Below, one piece after another: positions 38,053-48,005 of a stretch of 64,000 nt of DNA. The notes beneath the pieces were generated by a model. The model was given only the letters and a program-made list of their open reading frames with translations. It searched no databases and was not told the DNA's origin. Source of the stretch: an uncultured virus (IMG/VR IMGVR_UViG_3300030107_007281) (Duplodnaviria; Heunggongvirae; Uroviricota; Caudoviricetes); IMG/VR virus record IMGVR_UViG_3300030107_007281; one strand, 5' to 3'. Position numbers and translations under genes: made by a program. Within the stretch, counting starts at the first letter, position 1, and each line of letters begins with the position of its first letter.

Positions 38053-38386
38053 CAGGCTGTTCTCCTTTTAAATCTTGATCTTCTTCATATATCTCCTCAA
38101 ATGGTGTTGTTATTGAGTATACATCTTCATAATCTTCTAATATTTCTAATAAATTTGTTGTATGGGATATTAAATGTTTCATGGTTTCGTCTCCATAATA
38201 CATTTCCATTCCATATATATTTCTTAAATGTTCTCGATAATTTGCCACCAATGTGGTCAAATCTTGCAAATTTTGGGAGGTATAAATGAGCCCCGGTAAT
38301 ACCCGCCTCATGTACCAAAAAGCCAAATAATTGGCTGTTATGGACACTAAAAGCACTATTATGAGTGCAATTTCTAATATTGTCAT
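37988..38386 (-). CDS. Membrane-anchored hypothetical protein
   Basis: N-terminal hydrophobic helix ILEIALIIVLLVSITANYLAFW. Confidence 0.65.
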   Translation of the reverse strand: MTILEIALIIVLLVSITANYLAFWYMRRVLPGLIYTSQNLQDLTTLVANYREHLRNIYGMEMYYGDETMKHLISHTTNLLEILEDYEDVYSITTPFEEIYEEDQDLKGEQPDGETQKNEENVFYAGTRRSNN

Positions 38387-38652
38387 TTTGGTTCATACTC
38401 CCAAGAAGTTGCTTCCTTCTTTTGTTGTTTTAAAATTTCAGCATTTTCAGTTATAGCTTCTTTTACTTTGTTACCAACTTGCCCGTCTTTTTCATTAGTA
38501 CTATAATCTGATGTTTTTATGTTTGTTATTTGTGGAATACGACGGAGATTAGAGGCTGGACATAAAATACAAACCTCTTGTCTCTCTGTCATACCATGAA
38601 CGATTTCAAAATCACCATTACATTCATTACAATGATAAACATACTTTGGCAT
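38383..38652 (-). CDS. FmdB-family zinc-ribbon protein
   Basis: MPKYVYHCNECNGDFE...CILC matches MPxYxYxCxxC...CxxC. Confidence 0.8.
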   Translation of the reverse strand: MPKYVYHCNECNGDFEIVHGMTERQEVCILCPASNLRRIPQITNIKTSDYSTNEKDGQVGNKVKEAITENAEILKQQKKEATSWEYEPK

Positions 38653-38846
38653 TATTTGTCTGTTTCCGATATTGTGGTGCCGGGACCTTTTGCCTTTACT
38701 GTTGGTGGATTTACAACAACGACTTGATTCGTATCATCCACTTCTAATTTAAACCCTTGAAGAACAGGTACAATGTCTGTTTGTTCCATCAAAGATTTTT
38801 GTAGGGCCATCATTACTGCTCCTACTGCTTGGTCACTTAATTTCAT
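38652..38846 (-). CDS. Small hypothetical protein
   Basis: Likely start ATG 38846 with AAGGAG SD: MKLSDQAVGAVMMALQKSL... Confidence 0.65.
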   Translation of the reverse strand: MKLSDQAVGAVMMALQKSLMEQTDIVPVLQGFKLEVDDTNQVVVVNPPTVKAKGPGTTISETDK

Positions 38847-38847
38847 T

Positions 38848-39213
38848 TTAATCTCCTTTTTTAATTCTGTAACTATCACTATCAAAGTGTTGTGTTGAAA
38901 ATTCAAATAATTCTGTATCTTCAAGAGCCTCCATTTGATGACGGAGGCCAGTATAAACATGAAAATTATCACCCTTTTCTAAAACAACACTATTTGCTTT
39001 TTCTATCTCATCTTCATCAGAATATCTAACTAATATTTTTCCAGATTGAACATAAAACACTTCATCCTTTATTTTGTGATAATGCCAAGAACATTTTTTT
39101 CCTTTTACAAAATAAAGTAATTTACCACAATATTTTTCTGAATTATGGAACCATTTTTCAAAGCCCCAACCTTTTGGGACAAAATTAATCTCTTGTGTTG
39201 AAGAAGTTTTCAT
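38848..39213 (-). CDS. Cupin-fold sugar isomerase-like protein
   Basis: VPKGWGFE, SWHYHKIKDEVFYV and H metal-binding motifs; likely start ATG 39213. Confidence 0.8.
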   Translation of the reverse strand: MKTSSTQEINFVPKGWGFEKWFHNSEKYCGKLLYFVKGKKCSWHYHKIKDEVFYVQSGKILVRYSDEDEIEKANSVVLEKGDNFHVYTGLRHQMEALEDTELFEFSTQHFDSDSYRIKKGD

Positions 39214-39511
39214 CCTTTTCTCCTTTATCGTCAATGTATATATCACCAGAGGGCTTTCCCATAAATAATTTATGATATTTAACACCCCACTCTTCTAATT
39301 GAAACATCGTCAAGTGTTTAAAAAGTTTTTCAGCGATTAAAGAAGAATTTTTTGACCTCCCCATCCCTCTTGCTGTCAAAAACAAAATAGTGTTACCTTC
39401 ATCATATAGTTTATTTATTTTTTCTATTCTTTCTTTAATTGGTTCAGCTTTTTCATAATCACCATCTGTGAGGGTGCAGATGGTTCCGTCTATATCAAAT
39501 ACATAAGTCAT
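39185..39511 (-). CDS. Small HAD-family phosphatase
   Basis: FDIDGT, LTARG and GKPSGDIYIDDK (HAD motifs I-IV). Confidence 0.85.
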   Translation of the reverse strand: MTYVFDIDGTICTLTDGDYEKAEPIKERIEKINKLYDEGNTILFLTARGMGRSKNSSLIAEKLFKHLTMFQLEEWGVKYHKLFMGKPSGDIYIDDKGEKDENFFNTRD

Positions 39512-39897
39512 TTTTTCTCCAAAATATTTGTTGTTGAATAGTTCCCTATTCTATCAAAAAATATCACTTCTTTCGCATACTGTGATCCTATCACTTTTTT
39601 ATTTTTATAATCTGATCCTACAATTAGATAATCTATATTGTGCAAACTAATACATGTTTGTAATTCATAATCACTATCAAATACGACTACCTTGTCAATA
39701 TATTTAATACATTCTAGAAAAAACTTTCTATCTTCTTGATTATTAACTGGTCGGTCATCTCCTTTGTTGATTTTAACTCTTCTATCTGAATCTATGCCGA
39801 CGACCAAAAATGAACCTTGGCTTTTAGCAAATTTAAAAAGTTCCAAGTGGCCTCTATGTAAAATATCAAAACACCCATTAACCCAAATATTTTTCAC
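39508..39897 (-). CDS. RfaE/HldC-like sugar-1-phosphate nucleotidyltransferase
   Basis: NGCFDILHRGH, KGDDRP, VGSDY and C-terminal YSTT. Confidence 0.85.
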   Translation of the reverse strand: MKNIWVNGCFDILHRGHLELFKFAKSQGSFLVVGIDSDRRVKINKGDDRPVNNQEDRKFFLECIKYIDKVVVFDSDYELQTCISLHNIDYLIVGSDYKNKKVIGSQYAKEVIFFDRIGNYSTTNILEKK

Positions 39898-40397
39898 ATT
39901 CTCACCATATCATAAACTAAATCGGCATGTATTTTATGCCCTTCAAATGTTTTTGTCTTTAAAACACCATCATATTTTAAATTTTCTATTACTAAATCAC
40001 ACGCACTTTCAAGTGTCATTATATTCATAATACCATACGGTTGTTTTGTGTTATTTTTAAAATCCATAAATATACCTTTTCCAATCAATGTGGGAAATTT
40101 CAAAATAAGACATTTCTCACAATTTTGAATCAAAAATGATTCAGATAATTGTTTGAACCTTACATATTCGCTTTCTTTTTCAGAATTTGTAGAAATGAAA
40201 ATAATCTTTTTGTTCTTATTTTCCAAAACAAAGTTTTTAAATTTAATATATTGCTGTTGTTGTTTATCAAAAGATTTATCATCTATATTCCAAGTGTGAT
40301 AAATGATAATTTCTTGATTAAAATCTAAATCATTTATTTTTTTATTCAATAGAGAACCAATCTGTCCTTTGCCATTTTTCAATTTAACTTTCATCAA
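39894..40397 (-). CDS. Short Rossmann-like protein (degenerate NAD-dependent epimerase)
   Basis: GKGQIG, IIFIST and YVRFK (YxxxK) motifs; much shorter than typical SDRs. Confidence 0.5.
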   Translation of the reverse strand: MMKVKLKNGKGQIGSLLNKKINDLDFNQEIIIYHTWNIDDKSFDKQQQQYIKFKNFVLENKNKKIIFISTNSEKESEYVRFKQLSESFLIQNCEKCLILKFPTLIGKGIFMDFKNNTKQPYGIMNIMTLESACDLVIENLKYDGVLKTKTFEGHKIHADLVYDMVRM

Positions 40398-41443
40398 ACT
40401 ATCTTAAATTTAATTTTATCATAATTGAATTCTTCCTTTGTTAAGAAAAAATATTTCATTAAAATGTTCATTAATAAATCAGGATACTTTGCCGTTCCAT
40501 CTTCATTGTAAGCATCTAAATCATATTGCATTCTAGATTCCAATGGGGCGTTTGGGTGGTTATGATACCCAAGACCGGCTTTTTTAGCTTCGGGGTCATT
40601 CATCCACTCTAACGCACTACGTCCACAAAACAAATTGTCCCAATAATTTCCAGTGCTATTCGAAACTGTATTAAAGCCGCTACATGGGGCCTCAATTGCC
40701 TTTACATGTCTAACTTGCAAATCTGCTACTATTACCCAGTCTTTCTTCAAAGCCTTACAACTATAAATGTATGTTGATTCAGCACAGAAAGCCACAAACA
40801 CATCTGGTGATATCCTTCTGTCGAAGGTCTTCCAATACTCATTGGAAAATAAACTAGCATGTAAATTACATGTTCCACCACTCGGTACAATAAAATCTTG
40901 TCCCGTTATTTGAATATCTCCAAATTTAGTTTCATATACATAACCACCTCTGTTCTTCGACCATTCACTGAAAGACTCAGGAGAATCTTGAACAACGACA
41001 TCACCAATATAACCACCCATTAAATCATTAAATGCTGTGTCTGTATCTGTTTGTATAGTAACAATTGGATATTTTTGTGTTGCAAGTCTTTTATAAGCCT
41101 CTGATAATACATTGACCTGATTATCAAAGTTAACTCCCGAATCTATATAAAAATATCCCTCAAATTCGCCGTATTTGTTTACGACTTCTCTGACTGTTTT
41201 GTTAAAAGTAACCTGTATAACATTTTTTTCTGGATACCAACAATATGAAATCTTGCTTCCAAACTTTTCATATAACTTTTTAAAACAATTTTTACTATTC
41301 ATACAAGAAGATACGACAACGTGAAAACCATCGAAATCTTGCTTTAAAATATTTTCTATACATTCAATATACCACTCTGGTACTTCTCTCTTGATACCAC
41401 AAATATTATATACAACTAATATCTTTCTATCTTTTTCTTCCAT
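40394..41443 (-). CDS. Putative GT-A-fold glycosyltransferase
   Basis: ECIENILKQDF...VVVS and YFYIDSG (DxD-like) motifs; cluster context. Confidence 0.55.
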   Translation of the reverse strand: MEEKDRKILVVYNICGIKREVPEWYIECIENILKQDFDGFHVVVSSCMNSKNCFKKLYEKFGSKISYCWYPEKNVIQVTFNKTVREVVNKYGEFEGYFYIDSGVNFDNQVNVLSEAYKRLATQKYPIVTIQTDTDTAFNDLMGGYIGDVVVQDSPESFSEWSKNRGGYVYETKFGDIQITGQDFIVPSGGTCNLHASLFSNEYWKTFDRRISPDVFVAFCAESTYIYSCKALKKDWVIVADLQVRHVKAIEAPCSGFNTVSNSTGNYWDNLFCGRSALEWMNDPEAKKAGLGYHNHPNAPLESRMQYDLDAYNEDGTAKYPDLLMNILMKYFFLTKEEFNYDKIKFKIV

Positions 41444-41450
41444 AATAACC

Positions 41451-42632
41451 TCAAATAAAATCAGGGTGTTTTAAGCCCTTTCTAATCTGTTTTTGTTCTT
41501 CAAGTAAACGGGCTTGCTTTTTTTTGCTCAAATTTTCTCTAATTTTCCATATGGCTTTATTGCTTTCATGTGGCTTACAAAGTTTTGTGCAATTTTTGAA
41601 ACATTCAACATTTTCTATTAGATTCATGATCTCTTGTCTTTTTGTCATGTCTTGCCATATTTCTTTAAATGTTTTTCCATCATAAAGGCATCCATAACTA
41701 TATTGTTTCCAGCCTCTATGATTTGTACAAACATATACATGACCATCGGCACCTATACAGGGTGAAACTTGCGAGCCCAGACATTTTTTATAATTTCTGC
41801 CGAACTTCTCTCTATCCATAGCTAAGTCTTCAAACTTATATCCATTAACTTGAAACTTGTCACCCAAGATCTCTTTGGCTTCTTCTAAGAGGGGGTTTAC
41901 TTTTTCAGTCCAAAACTCTAAATCTCTCTGCTGACCACCATCCTCTCTAATAATGATTTCTGGTTTGTATTGACAATAGGTTAGATTATAGTCTTTAAAA
42001 AAGTTAGCAAAATCAACAATTTCATGATAGGTATCAGGTGATATTACATAGCCAACACCAATATCAATTTTATTTCCATGTTTCTCGTTGGTTTCTATTA
42101 ATTTTTGTAAATTAGAAACCATTTTATCCCAGTCTTGACGACCTCTTGCTTTTCTGATTCCATTGTATGTTTCTTTTGTTCCGGCATCAACGGATATTCT
42201 CACCCAAGTCATATTATGAACAAGAGATTCAAACATGTCCCACCTATCGAAAAGTGTTCCATTTGTAAACATACCCATTTTGATATCATTGCTGCCGCAG
42301 TATTCTATGGCTTCTTTTAGGTGCCTATTTAATGTCGGCTCTCCTCCGCCGGTCCAATTAACAGCACGGACCCCCATATCAACAAAATCCTTACAAAGTC
42401 CCATCAACATGTCTCTTGGCATCATTGCTCTAGAAAAAGTTTCAGTTCCTTTATATTTTTCAAAATGAATATAAGATGATAAACAAAAACTACAAGCATG
42501 ATTACAAGCGTTTGATGGATCCACTTCTATTAAAACTGGGCTTGTATATCCTGTGTTTAAGTGTTCTAAAACTCTATCAACATTGGCTAATATTTTTGCC
42601 TGTGGATTGAAAATTTTACTTTTTTGTTTCAT
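41451..42632 (-). CDS. Radical SAM protein with SPASM/twitch domain
   Basis: CNHACSFC (CxxxCxxC), TGGGEP, and C-terminal C..IGADGHVYVC...CFKNCTKLC. Confidence 0.9.
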   Translation of the reverse strand: MKQKSKIFNPQAKILANVDRVLEHLNTGYTSPVLIEVDPSNACNHACSFCLSSYIHFEKYKGTETFSRAMMPRDMLMGLCKDFVDMGVRAVNWTGGGEPTLNRHLKEAIEYCGSNDIKMGMFTNGTLFDRWDMFESLVHNMTWVRISVDAGTKETYNGIRKARGRQDWDKMVSNLQKLIETNEKHGNKIDIGVGYVISPDTYHEIVDFANFFKDYNLTYCQYKPEIIIREDGGQQRDLEFWTEKVNPLLEEAKEILGDKFQVNGYKFEDLAMDREKFGRNYKKCLGSQVSPCIGADGHVYVCTNHRGWKQYSYGCLYDGKTFKEIWQDMTKRQEIMNLIENVECFKNCTKLCKPHESNKAIWKIRENLSKKKQARLLEEQKQIRKGLKHPDFI

Positions 42633-43570
42633 TTTTTTAACTCCAACCATTTTAGAAAGTAAAGAGTCGGATCCTCAAAATATTCTCTAACGATTGTTTC
42701 AAAATATTGTTTTGCGGCGTTGGCCTTTTCTTTCATATCTTCTATCGGAGTGTTATAGATTTTCTGTAATTCGTCTAAAATATATTTTGGATTTGTATCA
42801 ATTTTATGTATTCTATAACAAAAACTCATATCATAAGTGTCTTCACCGAAAAGATAATAATCATGATCAGTGATTATAACTGGTAATCTATTATAATAAC
42901 AGGTTTCAAAAAATCTAACACTATCAATACCAGATCCGCGAGGACATAAAGAAATGGAATTATTTAACATTGTTTCGATAAAATCTTTTTGTGTCGAGGA
43001 ACCTATCTTAGATAGCCCCTCCCATTTCCTATTAACATGAATCTCTTTCTCAAAGTCTGATTTATGTAGTGCCATTACGGTTGCTGCTCTAACTTTATGG
43101 TTCATGAACAATCTTATTCCAAAGCTTTTTTTATCTGGGAACTTAAAATCTTCTTTTTGGTTTCTAATAATATCCATAAACAAATGAGAAAAGGTCGGCC
43201 TCGTAAACAGGTATTGTATATTTGAATATTTTTTTAACGGCCCCATTGTAGTAATAATGGAATTATGTAACCAATCAGGAATATGAGAGCGATTTGAAGC
43301 TTCAAAGCCACCTTCCCCTTCTATATCACATATATGACGGCTTTCGTTTCCTTTAAAATAAGGAAAATGTTCTGGTTTAAATTTAGATAAATCTCCCCTA
43401 TCATTATTGAATTGCCCCATATAAAAATAATCCGCTTCTTGCGGAGAAACTAAAACGCAATGTTTTTCAATACCCACCTTACTAAATGGCACTGTATTTT
43501 TACAATGTTCCGAACTATCATGGTCATGCGGATTAGCATTTGGATAAATATATAATTTAATTTTTTTCAT
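42629..43570 (-). CDS. Exostosin (GT47)-like glycosyltransferase
   Basis: MLNNSISLCPRGSGIDSVRFFETCYYNRLPVII is the exostosin C-terminal motif. Confidence 0.75.
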   Translation of the reverse strand: MKKIKLYIYPNANPHDHDSSEHCKNTVPFSKVGIEKHCVLVSPQEADYFYMGQFNNDRGDLSKFKPEHFPYFKGNESRHICDIEGEGGFEASNRSHIPDWLHNSIITTMGPLKKYSNIQYLFTRPTFSHLFMDIIRNQKEDFKFPDKKSFGIRLFMNHKVRAATVMALHKSDFEKEIHVNRKWEGLSKIGSSTQKDFIETMLNNSISLCPRGSGIDSVRFFETCYYNRLPVIITDHDYYLFGEDTYDMSFCYRIHKIDTNPKYILDELQKIYNTPIEDMKEKANAAKQYFETIVREYFEDPTLYFLKWLELKK

Positions 43571-44295
43571 AATGTTGAAACCCCTCTTTTTTGCACAACT
43601 CTCGTTGCACATTCATTTGCAAACTGTATCGATTTTTCTATATTATTAGATCTTAAATATTCACAACAAAGACCAGATATAAAAGTATCACCAGCACCGG
43701 ATACATCTTTCACTTCTACCAAAGGAACATTATATTTTTTATTTCTATAAATACATCCTTTTTGACCTTGTGTTATAATCATTTTATTCAATAAGCGATC
43801 GTCAATTGTATGTTTTGTTTTATTATATTCAACGCCGTTAATTTTTATAAAAGTAAAATTCTTACACCAATCACCTAGTATTTTCTTTGTATCTAAAAAT
43901 GTCAATGAATGAGAATTTGAAATATTTTCCAAATCTACTGTTGATAAAAACCCCTTGTTATAATCGGACACTATAATTGCATCAAATTGAGATAGATATT
44001 CTTTATCAAATAAATACTTTCCATACATATTATCATTTTCGTCCAACCTCATAAACATATGATTTGATTTTAATTCTACAAATCTTGTTTTTTTGATATC
44101 TTTCCAATTTTCATTAGTAAGAATATGAACTTCGTTATGAATAGCTTTTACGTTTGTGTAAACATTCATTGCCATACCACCGTTTTGTTTAGTCTCAATT
44201 GATTTAAAAACAGGGACTGGTGCATCAGGGCAAAGCCTATCACACTCTCCATAATGGAATACATCTAAACAACTTTCGCCAATCACTAAAATCAT
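43567..44295 (-). CDS. RfaE/HldA-like PfkB sugar kinase (heptose-7-phosphate kinase-like)
   Basis: ILVIGESCLD, RLCPDAPVPV, GGMAMNV, IVSDYNKG and DVSGAGDTF. Confidence 0.85.
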   Translation of the reverse strand: MILVIGESCLDVFHYGECDRLCPDAPVPVFKSIETKQNGGMAMNVYTNVKAIHNEVHILTNENWKDIKKTRFVELKSNHMFMRLDENDNMYGKYLFDKEYLSQFDAIIVSDYNKGFLSTVDLENISNSHSLTFLDTKKILGDWCKNFTFIKINGVEYNKTKHTIDDRLLNKMIITQGQKGCIYRNKKYNVPLVEVKDVSGAGDTFISGLCCEYLRSNNIEKSIQFANECATRVVQKRGVSTL

Positions 44296-44297
44296 TT

Positions 44298-45305
44298 TTA
44301 CCTCATTAAAAAACTCTTGTTTTTGGAAATTAAATCTCTCCAATAATTTAACAAATCATTCATTGTTTCTTCAAAAGTAATTTCTGGTTTCCAATTGGTG
44401 TGTTTTTTAAATTTTGTTGTATCAGGGACTTGCAAATCGGCATCAATAGGTCTCAATCTATCAGGATCTACTTCAATTTTTATTTCTTCACATGTTGATA
44501 AAGAAATTAAATAGTCTAACATATCTCTAACCGAACATGAATAAGAACCCCCAATATTATAATATTCACCTGCAATCGGATCCTTTGTCACTAACAAATA
44601 ATATGCTCGCACTGCATCTCTAACATCCGACCATGTTCTTAAAGAATCTAGATTTCCGACTTTTATTACTGGTGGGATTAAACCGGCTTCAATCATTGCT
44701 ATTTGCTTTGCAAAAGTTGATTCTGCAAAAACATCGCCTCGGCGAGGGCCCGTGTGTGTAAACATCCTTGTCGTCATAACTGTCATTCCATAAGCCTCTG
44801 CATAGAACCTTCCAACCAAGTCTGTTCCGACTTTTGAAATAGCATAAGGAGATGCTGGGTGAAATGTCACATCTTCATGAATTGGTAAAAATTCTTTTGG
44901 CACTCTTCCAAACACTTCTGATGAAGCGCAGACATGTACTATTGGGTCTAGTTTTAAATGCTTTATAGCATCAAGCACCTTCGCAGTACCTAATATGTTT
45001 GTCTCTAACGTCTCCAAGGGAGAGTCAAAGCTCGTTTTTGGATAACTTTGTGCGGCCAAATGAAAAACATAATCTGGTTTTGTTTTATCAAAAACCACCA
45101 ACAAAGAACTCAAATCGTTGATATCTCCATAAACTAACTCAATACGATCTTTACGATTAATATTTTCCATAAGATGTTCAATATTGTCCATCTTATCGTT
45201 CCAGCGAACTAAACCATAAATATGCCAATCAGTGTTTTCCAACAAATAATCGGCCAAATGTGAGCCGACCATTCCGGTTATTCCTGTTATAAACGCTTTT
45301 TTCAT
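44298..45305 (-). CDS. gmd: GDP-mannose 4,6-dehydratase
   Basis: ITGITGMVGSHL, HLAAQS, ASSEVFG, SPYAISK and GNLDSLR. Confidence 0.8.
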   Translation of the reverse strand: MKKAFITGITGMVGSHLADYLLENTDWHIYGLVRWNDKMDNIEHLMENINRKDRIELVYGDINDLSSLLVVFDKTKPDYVFHLAAQSYPKTSFDSPLETLETNILGTAKVLDAIKHLKLDPIVHVCASSEVFGRVPKEFLPIHEDVTFHPASPYAISKVGTDLVGRFYAEAYGMTVMTTRMFTHTGPRRGDVFAESTFAKQIAMIEAGLIPPVIKVGNLDSLRTWSDVRDAVRAYYLLVTKDPIAGEYYNIGGSYSCSVRDMLDYLISLSTCEEIKIEVDPDRLRPIDADLQVPDTTKFKKHTNWKPEITFEETMNDLLNYWRDLISKNKSFLMR

Positions 45306-45313
45306 TTTTTACC

Positions 45314-46102
45314 TTAATTTAAATCAATAATTTTTCTTTGAGCATTTTTCCCGGCGATGAAGTCCTCACCCTTTGTTATATAAGAGCAAGAAAATAGAGG
45401 CCGAGAAAAATTACTATAATTTGGATAAGAGCCGTGTATACAGTTTCCATGTAAAACAAGCATATCTCCTTTATCAAATTCCAAATCTATTTTCTCAAAA
45501 TTATTCAAATATACATCAGAGATTATATTTCCGGGGTTTGTTCCTATCTTTTCTCTATAACTTGGTACTTCTATGTTCTCAAATAAACCACTTTTATGTG
45601 ATCCTTTATAAGCATATAGGGAGCCGTTTTTTTTAAATGCATCTTTCAAAAAAAGATTAATAGTAAGATATTGGCCATTTTTATTTTTAGGATACGCATT
45701 GTCTTGATGGGGTTGCCACGCTTGGGAACAATATTTTGATTTAGCTTCTTTAAAAAGCATCTGAGACATTAGCCCCTTAACCTCATTACCTTGAATAGTA
45801 GATAAAATCTTAGATATTTTTTTATTTTTTAACAAATCTCTACACATTTTTGATGTTTTTAGTATCTTCTCAACACAAGAAACCTTGTCATTAAGTGATA
45901 ACAAATTATCAGTATTTTCAAAACTCTGTGCTATTAAAAATTCAAATCTATCTGGATTCATTATAGCTGAAAAATGAATATCTGCGTGTTGTCTGATTGT
46001 CTTATAAAACATATCACAATATTCAGCATCCAACAGGTTTTTAATAACAACAAACCCATTTTCATGATAATATTTTAATTGTTCATCAGCTATTAGATTC
46101 AT
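45314..46102 (-). CDS. PhyH-family Fe(II)/2-oxoglutarate dioxygenase
   Basis: YHENGFVVIKN, PHQD, GSH and GDMLVLHGNCIHGS..N...R. Confidence 0.85.
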   Translation of the reverse strand: MNLIADEQLKYYHENGFVVIKNLLDAEYCDMFYKTIRQHADIHFSAIMNPDRFEFLIAQSFENTDNLLSLNDKVSCVEKILKTSKMCRDLLKNKKISKILSTIQGNEVKGLMSQMLFKEAKSKYCSQAWQPHQDNAYPKNKNGQYLTINLFLKDAFKKNGSLYAYKGSHKSGLFENIEVPSYREKIGTNPGNIISDVYLNNFEKIDLEFDKGDMLVLHGNCIHGSYPNYSNFSRPLFSCSYITKGEDFIAGKNAQRKIIDLN

Positions 46103-47055
46103 TTATTATTTTTATACCATTCAATAGTCTTTTTTAGTCCAAGTTCAAGATCATGTTTTGATTCCCACCCAAGTTCATTTTTTATTTTATTGACATTTAA
46201 GAGTCTTTTATGTATCATTGTTGGTTTTGTAGTGTCATAATTAAAAACCGGATCATAGCCATAAATTTTTGTAATTGTTTTAACAAGCTCTGTTATGGTG
46301 GTTCCTTTTCCAGTAGCTACATTGTACGGATCTGCATTTGGATTTTTTTCCATAACGCACAGCAGACCATCAACAACATCATCAACATATACAAAGTCTC
46401 TAACTTGTGTTCCGTCTCCCCATACCTCAAAAGGATTACAACCAGCGTCTGCTTTTAAAATCAATTGTGGAATCGCATGACCATTTTCATTAAAAGCATC
46501 ATGGGGTCCATAGATCGCACTAGTTCTCACTATTGCAAATTTTGTATCTGAAATTCCATTGAAGTATTCTATAACCTTTTCGCAATATCTTTTCATTTCA
46601 CCCACTCCAACATATAAAGGATGGGGGCTGCCCGTAAAGGCTTCTTCTTCTGTTACCGCTTTTGAAACATTTGGATACATAGTGGAGCTACCAATAAACC
46701 CAAACCTATCAATCTTTGATCGTACAGCAGCATCAAACATATTAATAGAAGGGAATAAATTTCTTCTCACTAAATTTAAATAATTATTCGGATCCATCTG
46801 TCCCTTAGCACCACGAATATATGCTACAAAATTTAAACAAATATCCATGTCTTTAAGGACTCGCATACATTCTTCATGATTCATCAAATCACACTTAACT
46901 ACTTCTAAATTTTTATGTTCAATGTTCAATTTTCGATTTGTAAATTGAGTAGCTCTGACGTAGGCTCCCTCTTTTAACATTCTTTTAATTGCGGCATGTC
47001 CGGTTATGCCTGCACCACCAGTAATTAAGACGTTTTTATTTTTATAAAAAGACAT
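46099..47055 (-). CDS. Extended SDR, GDP-fucose synthase/ColC-like (atypical catalytic motif)
   Basis: ITGGAGITG, IGSSTMYP, IYGPHD and VWGDGTQVRDFVYVDD; YxxxK appears as VGEMK. Confidence 0.8.
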   Translation of the reverse strand: MSFYKNKNVLITGGAGITGHAAIKRMLKEGAYVRATQFTNRKLNIEHKNLEVVKCDLMNHEECMRVLKDMDICLNFVAYIRGAKGQMDPNNYLNLVRRNLFPSINMFDAAVRSKIDRFGFIGSSTMYPNVSKAVTEEEAFTGSPHPLYVGVGEMKRYCEKVIEYFNGISDTKFAIVRTSAIYGPHDAFNENGHAIPQLILKADAGCNPFEVWGDGTQVRDFVYVDDVVDGLLCVMEKNPNADPYNVATGKGTTITELVKTITKIYGYDPVFNYDTTKPTMIHKRLLNVNKIKNELGWESKHDLELGLKKTIEWYKNNK

Positions 47056-47057
47056 TA

Positions 47058-48005
47058 TCAACTTGCTCCTATGTTATTTTTTTTTATATACCATTCTAAC
47101 GTTTTCTTTATACCCTCTTCCATAGAAGTTCCGGGCTCCCAACCAAATAAAATCTTAGCTTTGTTGTTGTTTACACAAAGCTTCGTTTTAATAGTTGGTT
47201 TTGTTTCATCATAAACTATTTCTAATTTTTTTCCAGAAATTTCCATAATTTTCTTTACCAACGAGGATATTGACACGGCTTTTCCGCTACCAATATTTAC
47301 TAAACGATAAAAAGCAGTTTGTTTATCGAGAATGCTCTCAATAGATTTAATCAAATCGCTTACATATAAAAAATCCCTCTCTTCTTCACCTGTTCCCCAA
47401 ACCACTATTTTATCATCAGAATTCATAATTTTAATAACAGAAGCCGCGAAAACATGGCCCTTTTCAAGATCAAATTTATCATTTGGACCATATATGTTTG
47501 TTTGTCTGAGGACAGAATATTTTGTCTTTTCAAAAGTTGAAAAAAAGTAGCACATTTTCTCTAAATATACTTTTGTTTGCCCTGCTCCGTAATACTGCTT
47601 GGGTATGGCCGATTCAATATATTCCTCTTCCAAAACAGGTTGGGGGCCAGATCTATACATTATTGTACAACTAGGCATCACAAAATGCTCTATTCCTTGT
47701 TCGTGTGCCTCTCTTATGAGTAAAGATGTCATAACAACATTGTCTGTAACATGAATATAAGGTTTTGAAACTATATCAGCAGCCCCTGTTGTTGTGGCGG
47801 CATAATGCAATATAATATCAACGCCACTTACGGCTTTTTTAACATCCTCTTGTTTTCGCAAATCTAATTGGACCCATTCCACGCCCTTTTTCTTATTTTC
47901 TGGTATTGTTAAATCAACTGCTTTTATTTTATATTTACCAAAAAAATATTCAACAAGGTTTTTACCTATGAAACCATTTGCTCCACAAATTAACATTGTT
48001 TTCAT
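47058..48005 (-). CDS. Extended SDR, GDP-fucose synthase/ColC-like (atypical catalytic motif)
   Basis: CGANGFIG, NIYGPNDKF..GHV and VWGTGEEERDFLYVSD; YxxxK appears as AGQTK. Confidence 0.8.
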   Translation of the reverse strand: MKTMLICGANGFIGKNLVEYFFGKYKIKAVDLTIPENKKKGVEWVQLDLRKQEDVKKAVSGVDIILHYAATTTGAADIVSKPYIHVTDNVVMTSLLIREAHEQGIEHFVMPSCTIMYRSGPQPVLEEEYIESAIPKQYYGAGQTKVYLEKMCYFFSTFEKTKYSVLRQTNIYGPNDKFDLEKGHVFAASVIKIMNSDDKIVVWGTGEEERDFLYVSDLIKSIESILDKQTAFYRLVNIGSGKAVSISSLVKKIMEISGKKLEIVYDETKPTIKTKLCVNNNKAKILFGWEPGTSMEEGIKKTLEWYIKKNNIGAS

